Source of the DNA: Macrostomum hystrix
Taxonomy: Eukaryota; Animalia; Platyhelminthes
Assembly: GCA_950097015.1 (NCBI GenBank)
Contig: CATNEN010000024.1
Span: forward strand, 3,038,001-3,102,000
Length of the DNA: 64,000 nt
Direction: 5' to 3'
A model generated the notes under the pieces. The model was not told where the DNA came from. It ran no database searches and saw nothing but the letters and a program-made list of their open reading frames with translations. Position numbers and translations under genes: made by a program. Below are positions 52,206 to 64,000 of this stretch, piece after piece (the first letter of the stretch is position 1; every line of letters begins with the position of its first letter).

Positions 52206-53666
52206 ATTTCAGAAGTCTCAGAAGAAGAAAACTGAGACTGCAGAGAATACCAACAATTTTCGACATCAAAGCAAACTAATAGAAAATAGTCCTAGCAGAC
52301 TTTATAAATTGAAGAAGATGTCTAAATGTTACAGTTAGAAAGACTACTTTTAAAGCTGTTAATCTGCAACTAAGTGCTATCTTTTTTGTTTTACTCTTTT
52401 TTATATAGGTTACGATATTCAACTTAGCTCCAATTTTCATGTTTTGCGGAAAAAATGCAGTAAGCATACGTCACTCATTGTGAACAAAACGGCGTATAAA
52501 ATTATGCATTGTGAAATTCGCCGCTGCAAGTGAGCGCAATTGGTTTACACCCATGGAATTTAAGTCTATGCAGTCTGCGCTAAGTAAAAAATATAAACTC
52601 AAAATGTACATTTTATTAGGCCCTATCTATTCATTATGTATTTTTGTATCAATGTAAGTTATTCAAACTAAATTAGGCCTATCATATACCAAGCCAAAAA
52701 GTTACTGCTGTAAAAATCCTCTGTCATAACATACTCTATGGCTATGTCAATAATTTTTTCAAAGAGAGTATATTTCCTTACTAAGTTACATGCAGCTATC
52801 ATTTACTTAATGTATTCTCAAAGAAACAACTATTTGTGTTTTCTGCCAGTGTCAGGGCAATAAGCTGGGCCATGACAATTTTCATAATGTTTAAAAATTA
52901 GATAAGGATGGCTAGAACACTCAGATAGAAATATTAATTTAAAGTTAGCAAAATTTTTGAGTAGAGTAAAAGTAAAAAAACTTGTTTAAGTAAAACAAGG
53001 GTTTGCCTTAGGCCTACCCTAAGGGTTTAAAAACATTTTTTACTTTGATTTTCAGATGTCATTAGTCAACTATCAACAAGTCGGACAATATATAATGTTA
53101 GAAGAAAGGCTTCTGACTAAAAATCACAACTCAGGGCTCTGAAAAAATATACATGATTATTTAAATATAGTAAGCCAATTGCTGCCAATAATTTTTTTCT
53201 TGACTAGAAGTGAGTGGATACCTATGATTTTTTATGAAACTTGAGCAACTGGTAATTTAAAGAAATTAGTGATCAATAACCATGGCTTAAGAAAATTGGT
53301 CAGAAACTAGAAAAAATACAAAATTTATCATACTAATGTCCATTGTGGGCTATATAGACAGAAATGAAGCTAACACTATTGGGCCAATGGTGTAGCTTCA
53401 GCTGTTCAGTCAATGGAATAGGACTGCTATATCCACCTAAATGTATATCTTATCTAATGTTAGCATCCAAAATGAACTAAAGAAACAGAAAATCTGCTTT
53501 AGGCCCTGCATATTTCCATTTGGCTAAGATTTGAACTCCAGACCTTTCAGTTAAGGTTCCAAAGTTGCAACCACAGGGCTGCAACTTCCATGTTAACTTG
53601 TGCCACATTATTAGTAGAACTGCTTGTATCAAATGATAGCTATTTGATTCCTCCAGCTGTGTCACC

Positions 53667-55174
53667 ATGGCAGCTGCTGCATCAAGCGTGCCTCCTGATG
53701 GAGCCAGTGGTGGTGGCGGCGACCCGGACGCCTCAGACCGGGAGAAGCCGTCTGCTAGTCAACAATTCGAGTGCAACATCTGCCTGGAGACAGCCACAGA
53801 GCCTGTGGTTAGTCACTGCGGCCATCTGTTCTGCTGGGCCTGTGTCTATCGCTGGATGGAGACTCAGAGCCGGTCGCCGTCCTGTCCAGTGTGCAAGAGC
53901 GGCATCAGCCGGGACAAAGTTGTCCCCCTGTACGGCCGCGGCGGCTCCGGCAACACCACAGACCCTCGCAGCCGCGTGCCACCTAGGCCGCAGGGCCAGC
54001 GCTCCGAGCCGGAGGCCAGCGGCGGCCTTGGCGGCGGACTTCACGGCTTCGCCGACGGCCTATTCGGGCAGAACCACGGCGGCACGTTCCAGTTCACTTT
54101 CGGCATTGGTGGCTTTCCGTTCGCCTTTTTTGGCACCAATTTCAACATGAGTGAGTGCGAGCTTGGCCTGTCTGGCTTCACAGATCCTCAAAAGGGCAAG
54201 CGGCTTTCCTTCCCAGATCCTCAGTTGGATAGCCAGCTATCCTTCCCAGATCCTCAGTTGGATAACCAGCTTCCCTTCCCAGATCCTCAGTTGGATAACC
54301 AGCTTCCCTTCCCAGATCCTCAGTTGAATAACCAGCTTCCCTTCCTAAATCCTCAATTGGATAACCAGCTTCCCTGCCTAAATCCTCAATTGGATAACCA
54401 GCTTCCCTTCCCAGATCCTCAATTGGATAACCAGCCTCCCTTCCCAGATCCTCAGTTGGATAACCAGCTTCCCTTCCCAGATCCTCAATTGGATATCCAG
54501 CTTCCCTTCCCAGATCCTCAGTTGGATAACCAGCTTCACTTCCCAGATCCTCAGTTGGATAACCAGCTTCCCTTCCCAGATCCTCAATTGGATATCCAGC
54601 TTCCCTTCCCAGATCCTCAGTTGGATAACCAGCTTCACTTCCCAGTTCCTCAGTTGGACAACCAGCTTGACCCTTCCCAGATCCTCAATTGGATATCCAG
54701 CTTCCCTTCCCAGATCCTCAGTTGGATAACCAGCTTCCCTTCCCACATCCTCAATTTGATATCCAGCTTCCCTTCCCAGATCCTCAATTGGATAACCAGC
54801 TTCCCTTCCCAGATCCTCAGTTGGATAACCAGCTTCCCTTCCCAGATCCTCAATTTGATATCCAGCTTCCCTTCCCAGATCCTCAATTGGATAACCAGCT
54901 TCCCTTTCCAGATCCTCAATATTGATCTCCCTCCATATCTCCAAGCCCAGTCTCCCCAATCTCCCAGATCCTCTTGGATTTCAGGATCATGTCCACTGGT
55001 AGTGACATATGGTTACAGTTTAGCATATGGCACTATTCTTATTTCCCATCTGCAGACGGTCAGAACAGAAATCGGGACGCATTCGGCCAGGTAAACACGG
55101 AAGAAGACGCCTTTCTAAGCAAGGTGTTCCTCTACATAGCAATCATCTTTGTTGTCTGGCTCCTGTTGGCCTAA
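53667..55174 (+). CDS. RNF5: RING-HC E3 ubiquitin ligase RNF5/RNF185 family (ER membrane anchored); 2 exons
   Basis: Exon 53667-54150 carries [49 protein letters not shown] and [12 protein letters not shown]. Exon 55056-55174 carries [23 protein letters not shown], a C-terminal transmembrane segment. The intron is phase 1. RNF5 and RNF185 cannot be separated here. Confidence 0.93.
54205..54925. repeat. 33-bp minisatellite TTCCCTTCCCAGATCCTCAGTTGGATAACCAGC
   Basis: Fills most of the RNF5 intron. Confidence 0.96.
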
Positions 55175-55574
55175 CTCTTGTGTGTAATCTGTACAGTTCA
55201 TATTTTCCGTTCTGACCCTAATTTATTAAATATTAGGAATCTAGAAGTACCACTCCATCAGATCGTAATGTGACGAGTTTGATTCGATGTCTGTGTTGTA
55301 TTTTTGTTTTTTTAATCGTCAAGCTCATTTTCAAGGCTCATTTTATGACCTGATCATTTATTTGGTTCAATAATTTTAAATCGGGTTAGAAAATGTTTAA
55401 TATTGCTCGCTCACTTACATGCTCATTAAACTTCTATTAAACTCGTAATTTTCGTAGAAAACATCTGTGATGGCCCATAGGGGCATTCATTATCAGTAAA
55501 ACTTATTATAGCTCGTATATTTATTGCTTCATAGTGACGATAAGAAAATGAGATGACATGATTTAGGCATTCTG

Positions 55575-56080
55575 CTGTGTCACCCAGGTGTGGCATTGAC
55601 AACTGCAACACTGTCTGCTGTACTGGTACTCAGGTGTGGCATTGACAGCTGCAACACTGTCTGCTGTACTGGTACTCAGGTGTGGCATTGACAGCTGCAA
55701 CACTGTCTGCTGTACTGGTACTCAGGTGTGGCATTGACAGCTGCAACACTGTCTGCTGTGTCACTCACAACTGCAACACTGTCTGCTGTAGTGGTACTCA
55801 GGTGTGGCATTGACAACTGCAACACTGTCTGCTGTAGTGGTACTCAGGTGTGGCATTGACAGCTGCAACACTGTCTGCTGTACTGGTACTCAGGTGTGGC
55901 ATTGACAGCTGCAACACTGTCTGCTGTACTGGTACTCAGGTGTGGCATTGACAGCTGCAACACTGTCTGCTGTACTGGTACTCAGGTGTGGCATTGACAG
56001 CTACAACACTGTCTGCTGTACTGGTACTCAGGTGTGGCATTGACAGCTGCAACACTGTCTGCTGTACTGGTACTCAGGTG
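55575..56080. repeat. 46-bp minisatellite
   Basis: Unit CTCAGGTGTGGCATTGACAGCTGCAACACTGTCTGCTGTACTGGTA. Confidence 0.94.
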
Positions 56081-56392
56081 TAGTATTAGTAGTGTAAAGT
56101 AGTGTAACCTTCTGTTCTAACCGGGTAAGCACTCTAACTGCTTATCAGTCTGTATGATTTAAGCACTTGCCAACACAGGACGATTGTACAGTACAGCGCA
56201 AGCCTTCATAGTTCACTGAGTTAGTATTGTTATTACTACTTATTAATGTTATTACTTTAAGTAGACACATGAACATATGTTTCGACCCCAACCTTACATT
56301 TACCAAATATTCTGATTAAGTAAAAATATATAAATCTGCTTAGCGTGCTAAGTATCTGTGGATTGAATGTGTTGATTTATTTAATTTGTTCA

Positions 56393-56895
56393 ACAGGTTA
56401 GGCTGCTAACGTCCTAGATCCCCAGGTTAGGCTGCTAACGTCCTAGATCCCCAGGTTAGGCTGCTAACGTCCTAGATCCCCAGGTTAGGCTGCTAACGTC
56501 CTAGATCCCCAGGTTAGGCTGCTAACGTCCTAGATCCCCAGGTTAGGCTGCTAACGTCCTAGATCCCCAGGTTAGGCTGCTAACGTCCTAGATCCCCAGG
56601 TTAGGCTGCTAACGTCCTAGATCCCCAGGTTAGGCTGCTAACGTCCTAGATCCCCAGGTTAGGCTGCTAACGTCCTAGATCCCCAGGTTAGGCTGCTAAC
56701 GTCCTAGATCCCCAGGTTAGGCTGCTAACGTCCTAGATTCCCAGGTTAGGCTGCTAACGTCCTAGATCCCCAGGTTAGGCTGCTAAAGTCCTAGATCCCC
56801 AGGTTAGGCTGCTAAAGTCCTAGATCCCCAGGTTAGGCTGCTAACGTCCTAGATCCCCAGGTTAGGCTGCTAAAGTCCTAGATCCCCGGTTAGGC
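56393..56895. repeat. 29-bp minisatellite CAGGTTAGGCTGCTAACGTCCTAGATCCC
   Basis: About 17 copies. Confidence 0.96.
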
Positions 56896-56904
56896 TGCTA
56901 ACTT

Positions 56905-57140
56905 CCCAGATCCCCATGTTGGTCGTTGACATCCCAGATCCTCATGTTGGTCGTTGACATCCCAGATCCTCATGTTGGTCGTTGACATCCCAGATTCTCA
57001 TGTTGGTCGTTGACATCCCAGATCCCCATGTTGGTCGTTGACATCCCAGATCCTCATGTTGGTCGTTGACATCCCAGATCCTCATGTTGGTCGTTGACAT
57101 CCCAGATCCTCATGTTGGTCGTTGACATCCCAGATCCTCA
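56905..57140. repeat. 28-bp minisatellite CCCAGATCCTCATGTTGGTCGTTGACAT
   Basis: About 8 copies, directly adjoining the 29-bp array. Confidence 0.95.
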
Positions 57141-57233
57141 TAATACATACTGTACAAGCGCCTTCAGGCCTTAGTATCCCTGGTGATTTTCTAGCGGTCT
57201 GCTTAGGTCAAAGCCTGACTGTTGAGAGCACAG

Positions 57234-58766
57234 ATGGGCCAGATCCTAACCAGACGGCAGTACGAGGACCTGCTGATTGGAGGCTTCGCCGCCGCCAACC
57301 GATACCGCGGCGGCAACGGCGGCGGAGTGGATCATTCCCGCGCCCTGACCAAATTTCGCGACCTGTCCGAACTGCCGCCGGAACTGGCCCTGGCCATCCT
57401 GAGCCACCTCGGCGCCACTGACCTGTGCCTAGCTGCCTGCGTCTGGGGCCATCTGGCCAATGATGAACTGCTCTGGCAGGGACTGTGCAAAAATGCCTGG
57501 GGCTATTGCACGGCCTACAAACTACCCGGCCAATCATATAGGCAGCTCTACCTGCGACTAGACGAAGCTTCTCTAACCTTCAATGCCGACTGCTTCGACG
57601 GCTTTGCCTGCTTCCTGCGCCATGGCATCCTTGCCGACGAGCCGGGCGAGCTGGCGCTGTTCTTTCACACCGCCAGGGTGCTGGATAGGCGCCAGGTTAG
57701 CCGCTTCATGGAAACCAGGTGAGAGTCTTGTTGTGGAGCTATATATCCTTGAGGTGTGCACTACGCTTTCCTTGTATTGTCTCGCATTGATATTTTCAGA
57801 CCAGACGTGCTGGACAAACTGATGGAGCTGAAGAGCTTCAAGAATCAATTTTTGCCTAATGCGTTGCGCAAATTCTTCAACGAACTGGAAGCTCCAAATG
57901 CCCGCAACGAATACCTGAGCCTTCTGCTGGACCGGTTCAGTTCGCGATTCGTCGCCTCAAATCCATCAGTGGGACTCAGCAAGGGTGAGGCGACTGGCGC
58001 GTTATTAGCGCCTTTGTGACTCCTTGGTTTGCGCTTGACCAACTGAATGACTGAAAGCATGACGGCTATGACCGACAGAATGACTGAAAGCATGACGGCT
58101 ATGACCGACAGAATGACTGAAAGCATGACGGCTATGACCGACAGAATGACTGAAAGCATGACGGCTATGATCGACAGAATGACTGAAAGCACGACGGCTA
58201 TGACCGACAGAATGACTGAAAGCATGACGGCTATGATCGACAGAATGACTGAAAGCATGACGGCTATGACCGACAGAATGACTGAAAGCATGACGGCTAT
58301 GACCGACAGAATGACTGAAAGCATGATGGCTATGAAAGACAGAATGACTGAAGGCATGATGGCTATGACTGACAGAATGACTGAAGGCCACAGGTAATGA
58401 CTAACTGAATTGAATTACTGAAGGCCACAGGTAATGACTAACTGAATTGAATGACTGAAGGCCACTGGTAATGACCAACTAAATGACTAAAAGCACGAAG
58501 GCAATGATCAACTGACAGCATACAGCATACAGTGAACTTCTGCTTTGAACCTTGCAGAGCTGGTGTTCATCCTGTGCTACTCGCTAATCCTTCTGTCAGT
58601 CGATCTGTGCAGCCCGCATGTAAAGAACAAAATGTCCAAACGTGAATTCATTCGCAACACCAGGCGCGCAAGTTCCGCGCCAATTAGTGACGACTTTTTG
58701 GGCCACCTGTACGATAATATCTACCTAGTTGGCCACGTGGCACCCACATCAGCGTGTAGCTACTGA
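57234..58766 (+). CDS. FBXO8: F-box only protein 8 (F-box plus Sec7-like domain); 3 exons
   Basis: Exons 57234-57718 (MGQ start, F-box LSELPPELALAILSHLGATDLCLAACVW), 57800-57984 (FLPNALRKFF..LLDRFSSRF) and 58558-58766 (LCYSLILLSVDLCSPHVKNKMSKREFIRNT..LYDNIYLVGHVA). Junctions are GT-AG and in phase. Confidence 0.93.
58043..58500. repeat. 33-bp minisatellite GAATGACTGAAAGCATGACGGCTATGACCGACA
   Basis: In FBXO8 intron 2, degenerating at the right end. Confidence 0.94.
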
Positions 58767-59934
58767 CCTGACGGCCTCCAGTGACCTCTCGGACAGCCAG
58801 TAGAATTTCAAATAGTTTTGTAAAAAAATATTTTCGATAATTACTTTTATTATCATATTCGAGTCAAGGACTACTATAAGTAGAAGGATGCAAGATGCAA
58901 GATTCTCGATTCGATAAAAGCAGTCGTATGCTTCACGCGGTGTCTTTTCTTTTGAATCGCTAGCTCATCAAGCGACTCAGTCCTTGCTTGCGCGGTCCCT
59001 GCTAAGTCTCCACAGCAGGACGTCCTGCAGCGGCTTGAAGCATTAGGCTTGGGCCCCTGATGACTTGCCCGGCCAGCAGCTGGCATCAGCCGGGGCAGAC
59101 GGTTTCGTTAGTTGCGCTTGCTTGTACAGGAGGGAGTCGATCGTCTGGCTGCCAGGGCCGCGGCGGGCGCCTGAAGTGACGTGGAGCTACTGGGCTACGG
59201 TCAGCGTCCAGGTCTCAGCGTTGACAGCTGAATAGGCACCAGCACAGAGCCTCGCCCCTGTGCTGGCGTCAATAGCCTCAGCTGGCGGCACTTTGGGAGC
59301 ACAGTCCCTGGGCCGTCGACGTCTCTGAGTCGAATCTTGGCAGGCAGGTCATGCTTAAACGTCTCAATTGGCTCACTGTAGATTAATTGCCGACAATTTT
59401 TCCTCCGTCAAAATGTTAGCTATTGACTCGAGTATCCATTCGTTTTTATTTGTAAAATATTTTAGAGGCTTAGTTGCAGGCTTCTTTCTGAGGCTGACTT
59501 CTGTATTAACTGAAGGTCACTCGCTATTGATTTCACTCACCAATCCCTTTTGGAGCGATGATTATTCACTCCTGAGCGTCCAAAAAGTTCTAATTAGATG
59601 ACGAGTAACTTAAAAGCTACGAAATAAAAGGTCTAGTTACTCCTTCCATACACCCTATATAGGCTGCTCGCTTCTGGAAGATATCCACGAGTTCTCTAGA
59701 TGCTCCCAGTAGGGCTCTCTGTATATCTTGTACAAGTTGAATTTAGTCTATTAAATGCCATAATAGTTTTTTATTATTGCATATGCAGATTGGGTAGACC
59801 TAAATGCTTGCTACCCTCGCACATCAGACACTATTTTGCTCAACCGTTTGCACATAGGCTTATTAATGTTTTATGCTAATTTTGTATATATACGACATTA
59901 ATTTTGTCCCAAATGTACCAAAGCCACGGAAAGG

Positions 59935-60540
59935 CGTCTCCACCACCCCTGAAGATTCGCCATCCCAACTCCATGGAGAATCGTCCCCACCACCCCCTGA
60001 GATTCGCCATCCCAACTCCATGGAGAATCGTCTCCACCACCCCCTGAGATTCGCCATCGCAACTCCATGGAGAATCGTCTCCACCACCCCCTGAGATTCG
60101 CCATCCCAACTCCATGGAGAATCGTCTCCACCACCCCCTGAGATTCGCCATCCCAACTCCATGGAGAATCGTCTCCACCACCCCTGAAGATTCGCCATCC
60201 CAACTCCATGGAGAATCGTCTCCACCACCCCCTGAGATTCGCCATCCCAACTCCATTGAGAATCGTCTCCACCACCCCCTGAGATTCGCCATCCCAACTC
60301 CATGGAGAATCGTCTCCACCACCCCTGAGATTCGCCATCCCAACTCCATGGAGAATCGTCTCCACCACCCCTGAAGATTCGCCATCCCAACTCCATGGAG
60401 AATCGTCTCCATCACCCCTGAGATTCGCCATCCCAACTCCATGGAGAATCGTCTCCACCACCCCCCTGAGATTCGCCATCCCAACTCCATGGAGAATCGT
60501 CTCCACCACCCCCTGAGATTCGCCATCCCAACTCCATTGA
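59935..60540. repeat. Minisatellite of about 47 bp
   Basis: Unit CCCTGAGATTCGCCATCCCAACTCCATGGAGAATCGTCTCCACCACC. Confidence 0.95.
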
Positions 60541-61189
60541 GATCGTCATCATAATCTCAAACCGTAACCCCAACCCTAAGTATCAACAGCATTGAGTAGA
60601 GTTTAGCACTCATTATCTATTTCAATGAAATGAAGTTGTTTATGTGAGTATTGTGAGTATTATTAAATGCCCTAAAATAAGCTCATAGTATAAAAAACAC
60701 TTCTCTTTTTCCTAGACCTTGTTACAGCCTTAGCCTACAGTGTCGTTACTCAAAATACTAGTAATGAACTATTGAAAAAAAATTATAAATATGACTGCTT
60801 TTTATTACAGTTTTTATTTTCTAGATATTTTAACAGTGGAAATGTACGTAATCAGATTTGCTCGCCAGTAGATCGATACTGTTCTTAGCTAAGCTAACAA
60901 ATATTAATCTATCCTGCTTAGTTTAAGCTCTTATTTTTCTTAATACAGCACATAATAACTATTATTACTTGCATCATGCTTTCTAAAAAAAAATAGCTGA
61001 GAAAATACGGCTTTTTCGAGCCGAAGTTTTTTTTGCTCTCTACTGATATACAACCACAAATAACATTATTTGTTCGTCGCGTGCTATGCCATGTCACCAT
61101 ATCACTCGACTAGGAGTATCAGATCAACAAGAGGTGTCAGAATCGACTCATGAAAGTGGTTCAAAAATCGCTCTAAATTGTCAGAATCA

Positions 61190-61985
61190 AAAAAGGAAAG
61201 TCGCTTTAATTATCACAAAGGTGTCCGATTTTACCTATGAAAGTCGGCCAAATATCACCAAAGTGTCAGGATCAAACAAGGAAAGTCGGCCAAATATCAC
61301 TAACCTGTTAGAATCAAACAAGTAAAGTCGGCCAAATATCACCAAGGTGTTAGAATCAAACAAGGAAAGTCGGCCAAATATCACCAAGGTGTCAGGATCA
61401 AACAAGGAAAGTCGGCCAAATATCACCAAGGTGTCAGGATCAAACAAGGAAAGTCGGCCAAATATCACCAAGGTGTCAGGATCAAACAAAGAAAGTTGGC
61501 CAAATATTACCAACCTGTTAGAATCAAACAAGGAAAGTCGGCCAAATATCACCAAGGTGTCAGGATCAAACAAGTAAAGTCGGCCAAATATCACCAAGGT
61601 GTCAGGATCAAACAAGGAAAGTCGGCCAAATATCACCAAGGTGTCAGGATCAAACAAAGAAAGTTGGCCAAATATTACCAACCTGTTAGAATCAAACAAG
61701 GAAAGTCGGCCAAATATCACCAAGGTGTCAGGATCAAACAAAGAAAGTTGGCCAAATATTACCAACCTGTTAGAATCAAACAAGTAAAGTCGGCCAAATA
61801 TCACCAAGGTGTTAGAATCAAACAAGGAAAGTCGGCCAAATATCACCAAGGTGTCAGAATCAAACAAGGAAAGTCGGCCAAATATCACCAAGGTGTCAGA
61901 ATCAAACAAGGAAAGTCGGCCAAATATCACCAAGGTGTCAGAATCAAACAAGGAAAGTCCCCGCCAAGGTGTCAGGATCAAACAA
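61190..61985. repeat. 42-bp minisatellite
   Basis: Unit ATCAAACAAGGAAAGTCGGCCAAATATCACCAAGGTGTCAGG. Confidence 0.95.
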
Positions 61986-62024
61986 GGAACGTTGCCCTAA
62001 GTATCACGCATAATATTAATGATA

Positions 62025-62376
62025 CTAATTGCAGGAGGGCTGCGGGCAATGGCACATCGTTTGGTGACAATAGACCCCCAGCCAGCGAGGAGGCAATTCT
62101 GCCCATTGCGCTGACTCCTATGCACACACGCACACAGATACTGTACGCAGGCACACACTCACTCAGGTGTGTAGATGTGCCCTGACTTTCTCATCGTCAG
62201 GCAGAGTACACTCTCACTGTGCCTTGGAGGTTGGCCCTCGAGGGGCATAAATTGAACGAAAATCTTTCAAGCTTACTCCGCGGCTGCGACCCAAATGAAT
62301 GTGGCCTCGCCGCGGAATCGGGCTTAGGCAGTTTAGTGCGGAGTCAAAAGCGTTAGACCGCTCTGCCACTTGCCCC
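62025..62376 (-). mobile_element. SINE family A, full-length copy
   Basis: Head GGGGCAAGTGGCAGAGCGGT, B-box region and complete body. Confidence 0.8.
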
Positions 62377-62957
62377 TCAATATCACGCATAGCCGCACCC
62401 AAGGATACTGAGAAAGCCGTGCTCCCACCCCCTCCCATACGCAGATTGTGATAACAATTTTTCCTGTTTTTAACGTAGCGCTTGTAAAAAAGAAACTTTC
62501 AGCCCAAGAAATCCAGGCCCCCAGGGTCAAAAGATTTGTTTCTACGATCGCCATCTTAACAATTTCAACCCAGTTTACACCACCGCTAGGCCTTCATATC
62601 AATTGGATTGAGTGTATCCAAAAGAGACAAAATGTTGCCATACACAAGTCCTGTGACCATTCTGAAATTTAGTCCTTTCGTAGTATTTAATAAGATTTTG
62701 CTAAATGTGATTCGTTTCTGTAAAGCGAACCCCTTCTCTAACATTTGGGCTGGCGAAGCTTTACACTATAAAAGACCGTGTAGAAATGTGTCATGCGGCA
62801 GAACTGGCGTTATATTTTACTGGTCCTGTTCAAATAAGTTTCTCGAATAAGTTTAAGTGTTTAGCTGTTACCAAGTAAGTAGTTTTTTAATTACTTGTTG
62901 CGGCACGATATTCAAATCAACACTATAACACAGCTAACTGAACTTTGTTCATCTAAG

Positions 62958-63285
62958 TGTCTGAACCGCCAGCTGATACTGCGGCAGCAGCTTCAGGTCT
63001 GCCCAGTGAGCTTAGCCAAGGCAACAATGAGGCGCATGCCGCTGCGGCCCTCACAAACTCTGCAGTGCAGCGAGTCCGGATACTCGTCACTAATTTCGAT
63101 GCAAGTCAGCAGAGCAATCAGCCGCTTCTGGTAGGCCAGGATAATTCTCCCATCGATTTGCAGCCATCACCGCCCTGGATGTCTCTGGGGAAATCGGTTC
63201 TGGATGTGAGCACTACTATCCTCAGTAGCGGTAGCAGCAGCCAAAGCAGCAGGGAAAACACCATCAATGGACTTTTATCAGATAC
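62958..63285 (+). CDS. Possible isolated coding exon (S/A/Q-rich, no recognisable domain)
   Basis: A GC-rich open frame (SEPPADTAAAASGLPSELSQ...) lies between a possible acceptor ttcatctaag and a weak donor GTGATT. No partner exon was identified. Confidence 0.3.
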
Positions 63286-64000
63286 GTGATTTTCTGTGTA
63301 GTCACTTCACTACTGACTGCTCCAGTTGTAGTAGTAACGCGCATCAATCTAAGGTGCTCACAAAAATATGATAATGAGATATTCCGAATTTCGAGTGAAA
63401 TAAAAATTTTCTCCACTCGAAAATTGTGGTTTGAATTATATTTTGTTTTTTGGGCATATGAATATAAATTTCCAGTTAGGCCAAGGTGTACAGCCAGTGA
63501 AAGCCGCAGCCTCCAAAGACTGCGTACAGTTTGTTTAAGTCCTCGGACTCAAAAGGCTGCCACACCCATAGTCCGGTATAGAAGGCTTATGACCTCTCAG
63601 TCAGAAAATTCCGGAGCTCTAACCGCTGGGCTAAAATCATTTAAACATGTTCATTTCAAAAGCAAGAAAGAAAGATAAGTTAGGAAAATAATATATACTT
63701 TACGAACCGCCTGATTAAGTTTTAAAAGTGCACAAAAAATCAGCTGGTTTACAGTAAATTTCGTTACTTGTATGAAGCTCTTCTCTTCATTTCTGCTCAT
63801 ACGCCTCCTATGTACCCGCCTGAAGGGTGGGCGCTGGCAAAGTCCCGCAGCCATGGCTTCAAATTGGCTTAAACTTGAAGTTTTCTATAAAAAAAGTTTC
63901 CAAAGTAGAGTCGTTCACAACACGTCAAGCATGCAGGTATTATAGGCTATGTAGGCCTTTCTGCCATGCTTAAAACTGCTGCAGCTAAACGTGAAGCCTC

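Noticed and set aside
58874-59370. GC-rich exon-like segment downstream of FBXO8
   Set aside because: All six frames are interrupted within about 50-70 codons, and there is no recognisable domain or consistent splice pair.
60558-60580. Telomere-like AACCGTAACCCCAACCCTAA next to the 47-bp array
   Set aside because: About three degenerate units only, too short to call an interstitial telomere.

Overview
This is eukaryotic (metazoan) genomic DNA with spliced genes. The repeat landscape and gene style resemble the flatworm Macrostomum, but that is an inference, not an identification. Five genes can be rebuilt exon by exon with GT-AG junctions and consistent phases: (1) a conventional protein kinase C on the minus strand (ATG 30876, running off the left edge), (2) an NPFF/SIFamide-receptor-like GPCR on the plus strand (32127-44068), (3) a secreted trypsin-like protease on the minus strand (48551-50943), (4) RNF5/RNF185 on the plus strand (53667-55174) and (5) FBXO8 on the plus strand (57234-58766). 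There is also a candidate small single-pass membrane protein on the minus strand near 46 kb. By my tally about 30 kb (roughly 48%) of the window is tandem repeat, in about 25 different minisatellites. Almost all long ORFs in the supplied track are artefacts of these arrays. Dispersed repeats include a mariner remnant, a LINE 3' end, two tRNA-derived SINE families and a TA-flanked MITE. The most striking patterns are: intron-private arrays that start just downstream of 5' splice sites and often carry branch-point or acceptor-like motifs; an 8.9-kb intron that is about 99% one satellite with a 3280-bp higher-order period; a minisatellite born from the Pol III head of a SINE; repeated nesting of one SINE family inside another; and hints of SL trans-splicing or operons. 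No CRISPR array, rRNA or genuine tRNA gene was found.
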